A DNA stretch of 32,000 nt from Candidatus Fokinia solitaria (GTDB lineage Bacteria > Pseudomonadota > Alphaproteobacteria > Rickettsiales > Midichloriaceae): assembly GCF_003072485.1 (NCBI RefSeq), contig NZ_CP025989.1:120001-152000 (forward strand), given 5' to 3'. The position numbers and the translations under genes were made by a program. The notes under the pieces were generated by a model. It did no database searches and had not been told where the DNA came from. It saw only the letters and a list, made by a program, of their open reading frames with translations. Shown in pieces: positions 27,081 through 32,000 of this stretch. Each line of letters starts with the position of its first letter. Positions within the stretch are counted from its first letter, which is position 1.

Positions 27081-28102
27081 TGTACACCTGCATAAAACAG
27101 CAACAATCCTATAATGCATGATATTACTGAAAGGATACCGAATCTGATATTGATCTCATTTTCTGTCCATCCTTTTTTTTCATAATGATGATGTATTGGC
27201 GTCATGAGAAAGAGTCTGTTTTTAGTAATTTTATAGTGAGATACCTGCAAGATAACAGATAATGTCTCTAATACCGGTACTATTGCGAATAGCGGCAGCA
27301 ACAATTCGCATCTCGTAATCAATGCAATGCAACCTATAAATCCACCTAAAGCCATACTACCTACATCACCCATGAAGATTTTTGCAGGATGTTTGTTGTA
27401 TACTAAGAAACCGAATAAACTGCCGAGTAATGAGAAGCAAAGAGATAATAATACTGCGTTACTTACTGTTTTAAGCAATGGTAATTCACTATTCGAGAAA
27501 TGAGAAGATAAGTATAAAATAGCAATTTCTGCCGCTATTACTATAATGCTTGTAGTAGTGGCCAGCCCGTCTACTCCATCGGTCAGATTAAAAGCATTGG
27601 ATGATGCAACTAACACTATAGCGCCCCATATGCAATATGTAAGTAAGCTGACTTGAATATTTACATTTAGTATTGGTATCCATATCTCACATTGCGATTG
27701 ATGATATTGCGAGATATAAAAAGTCACAATCAAGCCTATTATAAGTTGCGCGCATAATTTCATTGTTGCAGAAAGACCGTTTGAATGATGAAATTTCACT
27801 TTTAAAAAATCATCATAAAAGCCAAGTATGCCATAGCTTAGCATGCATAATAGTGGAGACCACAAAAAAAGATGCCTTACATCATCGTGTTTCAGCATCA
27901 TTACAATATGTGTTCCAAGTAATATGCACGCAAATGCTGTTCCTCCAAATGTAGGTGTATTTTTCTTTTGAATAATATGATTTGTAGGACCATCCTTTCT
28001 TATTGGCTGTCCTTTAGGTACAAGTTTTTTTAACAGCGAAATTGCTACCTTAAGATAAAGGATGCATGCGAAGAAAGCGCTAAAGAATGTGATAATTGGC
28101 AT
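27077..28102 (-). CDS. mraY: Phospho-N-acetylmuramoyl-pentapeptide transferase
   Basis: 341 aa, polytopic. KKNTPTFGG, NLTDGVDGLA, MGDVGSMALGG, TPIHHHYEKKGW. No flanking mur/fts genes. Confidence 0.93.
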   Translation of the reverse strand: MPIITFFSAFFACILYLKVAISLLKKLVPKGQPIRKDGPTNHIIQKKNTPTFGGTAFACILLGTHIVMMLKHDDVRHLFLWSPLLCMLSYGILGFYDDFLKVKFHHSNGLSATMKLCAQLIIGLIVTFYISQYHQSQCEIWIPILNVNIQVSLLTYCIWGAIVLVASSNAFNLTDGVDGLATTTSIIVIAAEIAILYLSSHFSNSELPLLKTVSNAVLLSLCFSLLGSLFGFLVYNKHPAKIFMGDVGSMALGGFIGCIALITRCELLLPLFAIVPVLETLSVILQVSHYKITKNRLFLMTPIHHHYEKKGWTENEINIRFGILSVISCIIGLLLFYAGVH

Positions 28103-28258
28103 ATATAGGATGTCTATATCGTATTTTCCTCACTAGTTAAATATGAAAAATGGTACGAAGTCCATGATAATTATAACAAAAAATGAATACTATTTGATGT
28201 TCTTTAGATAACACGTATAATCTATCAAGACGATTTAGAGATAATATGTGTATGGACG

Positions 28259-29968
28259 ATGTTTGATGTATTGATACTACTATCGGTCTCTATTTTTATT
28301 GTCGTACTGTCACATAAAATTAAGTTAAGTCCTGTATTAGGGTACTTAACGATCGGCGCGGTACTTGGCAAGCATGGATTCAATATCGTGCAAGATCATT
28401 CGGTGATAGAGATGCTTGCTGAACTTGGCGTAACACTTCTGCTGTTCGTCATAGGACTTGAGCTGACATTCGAAAGGCTGATAAAAATGAGATGGTATGT
28501 GATCGGAATGGGTGGAGGACAGGTGATTCTCACATCGGTGCTGCTGTCTATCATAATCATGAAACTCTCGTCTCTCGAACATCATGTATGTATCTTAATA
28601 GGAACGTCTCTCAGTTTATCTTCGACAGCGATTGTAATGCCAGTACTGGAAGAGAACAAGAGGACGTCCACTCGCGTAGGACGAGCTGCACTCGCAATAC
28701 TGTTATTGCAAGATATTATAGTTGTATTATTGTTTTCTGTTACTGAGCTTCTATCCACAAAAGAAAGTACTGATACAATACTTTCTGCGATGGGGATTGC
28801 GGCTTTGAAAGCAATGGTTGGAATTATTGGTATTACTATTGCAGGACGTATTTTTTTGAGACCGTTTCTATCATTGATTGGAAGCGTGAAGAAAGAGGAA
28901 ATATATGTGGCAACTGCTGTTTTCTTAGTACTTGGCGCTTCGCATGTGATGAAGAAATTTGGCGTGTCAGAAGCAATGGGCGCTTTGTTAGCAGGGATAT
29001 TGATTGCTGAAACAGAATATAGACAGAAAATAGAAGAGAGTATCATGCCATTCTATGGTCTATTGTTAGGATTGTTCTTCTTTACTGTAGGTATGTCTCT
29101 TGATTTAGACGAAGTAGCGCAGAATTATGAGAAGATTTTTTGTGGCGCAGTCATATTACTTGTTTGTAAAGGGTTGATAATTGGAATACTGTGTCGATTA
29201 TGGAAAATGAGTTGGGGCGCAGCGGCGCATGCTGGTTTAGTTTTAGGACAAGGAGGAGAATTTACATTCGTGTTATTCTCCTTAGCATCTGGAAAGGGGC
29301 TGATTGAGCCAGAAATGACCCGTTTGTTATATATGATTATCACCATTAGCATGGCTTTCACACCGTTACTGGCTTTTATTGGTATGAAGATAGAGGATTT
29401 AGTAGAATCAAAGAACTTGTCATTAGCTTCGAAAGAACGTAGTGAAATAAGTGATCTTGAACAACATGTAATAATTGCAGGATTTGGTAGAGTAGGGCGT
29501 ACTGTGGCATACATGTTAGAACAAGAGCAAATACCGTATGTTGCATTAGATAGTAATGTTATGCTGGTAAAAACAGCTAGAAGAGAGGGTTTTCCGGTAT
29601 TTTATGCAGATTTTCTGAAAAAAGAGTCATTAGACACTGTAAGAACAGATAAAGCGCAAGCTGTAGTATTGTGCATGAGTGATAAAGGAATACTTGCAAA
29701 GGCAGTACGTATGTTTGGTGAGTATTTCAGTGATGTACCTCTTATAGCCAAAGTAGAGGACTATAGGCACTCAAGGGGAATCAAAAAGTTAGGTGCATCT
29801 CAAACAGTACCAACTACGATAGAGACGGGGCTGCAATTAGGAGGATGTGTATTAATGAGATTAGAGATACCTGAAAGTGAAGTGATAAAATTAAAGCAAA
29901 AAATTAGGAAAAATGATTATCTATTGATAGAAGAAATAGAATTATTCAAAGGTGTATCGCACGATTAG
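28259..29968 (+). CDS. Kef-type monovalent cation(K+):proton antiporter with C-terminal TrkA-N (NAD-binding) domain
   Basis: 569 aa. N-terminal CPA2 membrane domain (LGYLTIGAVLGKHG.., ELGVTLLLFVIGLEL) and a C-terminal Rossmann domain (VIIAGFGRVGRTVAYML). Confidence 0.85.
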   Translation: MFDVLILLSVSIFIVVLSHKIKLSPVLGYLTIGAVLGKHGFNIVQDHSVIEMLAELGVTLLLFVIGLELTFERLIKMRWYVIGMGGGQVILTSVLLSIIIMKLSSLEHHVCILIGTSLSLSSTAIVMPVLEENKRTSTRVGRAALAILLLQDIIVVLLFSVTELLSTKESTDTILSAMGIAALKAMVGIIGITIAGRIFLRPFLSLIGSVKKEEIYVATAVFLVLGASHVMKKFGVSEAMGALLAGILIAETEYRQKIEESIMPFYGLLLGLFFFTVGMSLDLDEVAQNYEKIFCGAVILLVCKGLIIGILCRLWKMSWGAAAHAGLVLGQGGEFTFVLFSLASGKGLIEPEMTRLLYMIITISMAFTPLLAFIGMKIEDLVESKNLSLASKERSEISDLEQHVIIAGFGRVGRTVAYMLEQEQIPYVALDSNVMLVKTARREGFPVFYADFLKKESLDTVRTDKAQAVVLCMSDKGILAKAVRMFGEYFSDVPLIAKVEDYRHSRGIKKLGASQTVPTTIETGLQLGGCVLMRLEIPESEVIKLKQKIRKNDYLLIEEIELFKGVSHD

Positions 29969-30034
29969 TGATGCTGAAGTTTACATCATATTCATTATTT
30001 GCAATACTAAACGCAGAAGGTAGTTAGAAAGAAG

Positions 30035-30493
30035 ATGTTCGGAAATTTATTGATGTTCTTGAAGTTTATTCTTCTATATGATGTAGTAAAGGGCATAGCA
30101 ATAGGTGTACTTTATTGCTTCAAGCCTAAAGTTACGATTCGATATCCGTTCGAAAGAAATCCAGTCGGCACGAAGATGAGAGGAGAGCACATGTTGCTGT
30201 TATATGATAACGGAGAAGAGAGATGCATAGGCTGTAAATTGTGTGAAGCCATATGTCCAGCACAGGCAATTACAATGGCCACGACTCAACTCAGTAATGG
30301 CACCAGATGTGCAACGCACTACGATATAGACATGACAAAGTGTATATATTGCGGATTATGCCAAGAAGCATGTCCTGTGTATGCAATAGTGGAAGGGCCA
30401 AACTATGATTTCGCTAAGGAAACTCACGTAGAGTTGGTATATACAAAATCTAAGTTGTTAGATAATGGAAAGAGGTGGGAGAGAGTTCTGTAG
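30035..30493 (+). CDS. nuoI: NADH-quinone oxidoreductase subunit I
   Basis: 152 aa. Two 4Fe-4S motifs ([12 protein letters not shown] and [12 protein letters not shown]), [26 protein letters not shown]. No other nuo genes adjacent. Confidence 0.93.
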   Translation: MFGNLLMFLKFILLYDVVKGIAIGVLYCFKPKVTIRYPFERNPVGTKMRGEHMLLLYDNGEERCIGCKLCEAICPAQAITMATTQLSNGTRCATHYDIDMTKCIYCGLCQEACPVYAIVEGPNYDFAKETHVELVYTKSKLLDNGKRWERVL

Positions 30494-31454
30494 AAACAGG
30501 ATAATTGCGGTAGTAACTGTGAATTCTTGCGAGTAATTTAGGATAGATGCATTCAAAATAAGCTTTACACGCGATCTGAAATTTGTACCAATCGCTGTTT
30601 TGAAATTGAGAGATATCTTGCACAAATATCGTGTCATCAATGATTTCATGGTTGCTTATCTTTTTTATCCATTTCATTTCGTCGAAGTATTGTAGCTTTT
30701 TACTATAGGTAAGTTCTATATATTTACGATATTCTTGTATTCTATATTTTATATTTGGTATTTGAAATGTACTACCAAGAAATTGCTGCAGCTGTCTCTT
30801 GCTTTGTATATAATTAACTTTAGAGTGTTGTCTGAATTTCATATAATGCTTCAGAAGATATATTGCTGCTTCTATGAAAATAGCGTTATTATCCACGAGA
30901 GGGTTCTTTAGCCTCGTATCATACCACACGGTATTTATCGAATCCGGAAGAGTAAATGCATCTAGATGCCCTATTTGAAGGTAAGATCGCGGAGGGTATA
31001 ATGCATTTATCTCATCTATTACTCCTGAAAAATTTTGATGTGCCCATGTATCAGCGTAAGCATGCGATGCTATGCCTATGTAGTAAGGATCTTTAGTCTC
31101 TAATCCTTTTATTAGCATTTTTTTTGCTAAGTTGGCATTCTTGGTAGTGCATAAAAAATTTTTCACTTGATCGCTTCTATTTATCGCTACTATCTGCGGA
31201 TTTCCAGGTACGAAGTGAAATGCAAGATATAATATAAGAGGCAATTGAGAAGGATTCATTATATTATTACTGCAGCTTACATGATTTGTGAAAAGCTTGA
31301 TATTTTTTCCTGCTTTTGCCAAGTAAACATTGTATTGAGTATGATTGTGATCAACATACTGTGCGCTATACGCTATTTTACAAGCATCTTTGAATGTGAA
31401 GCCTGCGGTAATAGCGACAATAAAGTTGACGTAGTAGTGAAATTCAAAATTCAT
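30450..31454 (-). CDS. Hypothetical protein with Zn-dependent phospholipase C / P1-nuclease-like His/Asp motifs
   Basis: 334 aa. [36 protein letters not shown] and IGHLDAF parallel the metal-ligand blocks of Bacillus/Clostridium Zn-PLC (H..I..A; SHFYDP; LHYLGD..P.HA.NF). Family assignment is by eye only. Confidence 0.55.
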   Translation of the reverse strand: MNFEFHYYVNFIVAITAGFTFKDACKIAYSAQYVDHNHTQYNVYLAKAGKNIKLFTNHVSCSNNIMNPSQLPLILYLAFHFVPGNPQIVAINRSDQVKNFLCTTKNANLAKKMLIKGLETKDPYYIGIASHAYADTWAHQNFSGVIDEINALYPPRSYLQIGHLDAFTLPDSINTVWYDTRLKNPLVDNNAIFIEAAIYLLKHYMKFRQHSKVNYIQSKRQLQQFLGSTFQIPNIKYRIQEYRKYIELTYSKKLQYFDEMKWIKKISNHEIIDDTIFVQDISQFQNSDWYKFQIACKAYFECIYPKLLARIHSYYRNYPVSTELSPTSFHYLTT

Positions 31455-31523
31455 TTTCGATTTTAGCGTTTCCAGCTGTATGCATACATGCGTATTGTAA
31501 TCTGCGGAAGATGATCGACGATT

Positions 31524-32000
31524 TTATCGCTTCATCGCGATGTGTAGAAGTTGCGCCACGCTTATGCATATCAGTTTATGTTCTGATGCAAACTGAAACA
31601 CATCATTTCCTGCTAGTGGAAAGCCTTTTGCGTCCAGTACTTCACATCCTGCGCCTGCTTCATGCATATTTGCTAGCTGCATCAGAAAAACAATAGACTC
31701 TGTATGTCCTTTTCTCGTCTTTAGTCCTCCATCTCTAGCGATAATTGGAAAAATGTGTCCCGGAGTTTTAAATGAATGCGCGATAGATGTAGGATCTGCT
31801 AGTGCGTTGATAGTTTTAGCTCTTTCCATCGTAGAAATACCAGTAGTAGAGTCTATATGATCCACTGACATCGTAAAAGCAGTAAAATCATTGCTTCCTC
31901 TTACATCTTGTAACTTCAAGGAAAGTTTTGTTGCTATAGAGGCTGAAATTGCTACATATACAAGACCTCTACAATGAGTTACCATAAAATTGACGATTTC
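31524..32000 (-). CDS. ribB: 3,4-dihydroxy-2-butanone 4-phosphate synthase (5' end outside window)
   Basis: The frame is open to the window edge (..EIVNFMVTHCRGLVYVA..). Motifs FTMSVD, TGISTMERA, PGHIFPI, GGLKTRKGHTE. Stops after the RibB domain, with no fused GTP cyclohydrolase II domain. Confidence 0.88.
   Translation of the reverse strand, partial: EIVNFMVTHCRGLVYVAISASIATKLSLKLQDVRGSNDFTAFTMSVDHIDSTTGISTMERAKTINALADPTSIAHSFKTPGHIFPIIARDGGLKTRKGHTESIVFLMQLANMHEAGAGCEVLDAKGFPLAGNDVFQFASEHKLICISVAQLLHIAMKR

Noticed and set aside
28346-29514. Several ORFs (79-154 aa) overlapping the kef-type antiporter on both strands
   Set aside because: They are shadow or alternative frames of a 569-aa gene with a clear CPA2 plus TrkA-N architecture.
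31245-31696. Plus-strand ORFs of 73 aa and 61 aa overlapping the PLC-like gene and ribB
   Set aside because: They are antisense shadows with no motifs.

Overview
This is a visibly AT-rich, gene-dense window. Gene content points to an obligate intracellular alphaproteobacterium of the Rickettsiales type; the species cannot be identified from sequence alone. I support about 25 protein genes, one tRNA-Arg(UCU) and one in-frame 30-bp tandem repeat. I saw no transposase, integrase, CRISPR array or rRNA. The centrepiece (2193-14101) is one half of a Rickettsiales vir homolog (rvh) type IV secretion locus. It is a tightly coupled virB3-virB4-virB6-virB6 operon, with a diverged VirB4 paralog lacking recognisable Walker motifs transcribed divergently from it. 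The second VirB6 is a 1380-aa giant with a roughly 1000-aa cysteine/Thr/Asn-rich N-terminal domain. The rest is housekeeping: ispH, tyrS, queF, hscB, pssA, a phbB-like SDR, ruvA, eno, rpsS, rplB, phrB, mraY, a kef-type antiporter, nuoI and ribB. Genes that normally sit in conserved operons occur here as singletons. Most strikingly, rplB-rpsS is cut out of the S10 ribosomal operon and flanked by non-coding DNA, including a gap of about 1 kb with no ORFs. Candidates worth follow-up are the dead VirB4 paralog and the giant VirB6 ectodomain. Others are an acidic tandem-repeat protein with an RHH-like core, an orphan terminase large-subunit homolog with an altered P-loop, and an HscB with a mitochondrial-style tetracysteine N-terminus. 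The last two are a Zn-phospholipase-C-like hypothetical protein and an AroK-like kinase missing shikimate-binding residues. All homology calls come from reading the translations by eye; no searches were run.
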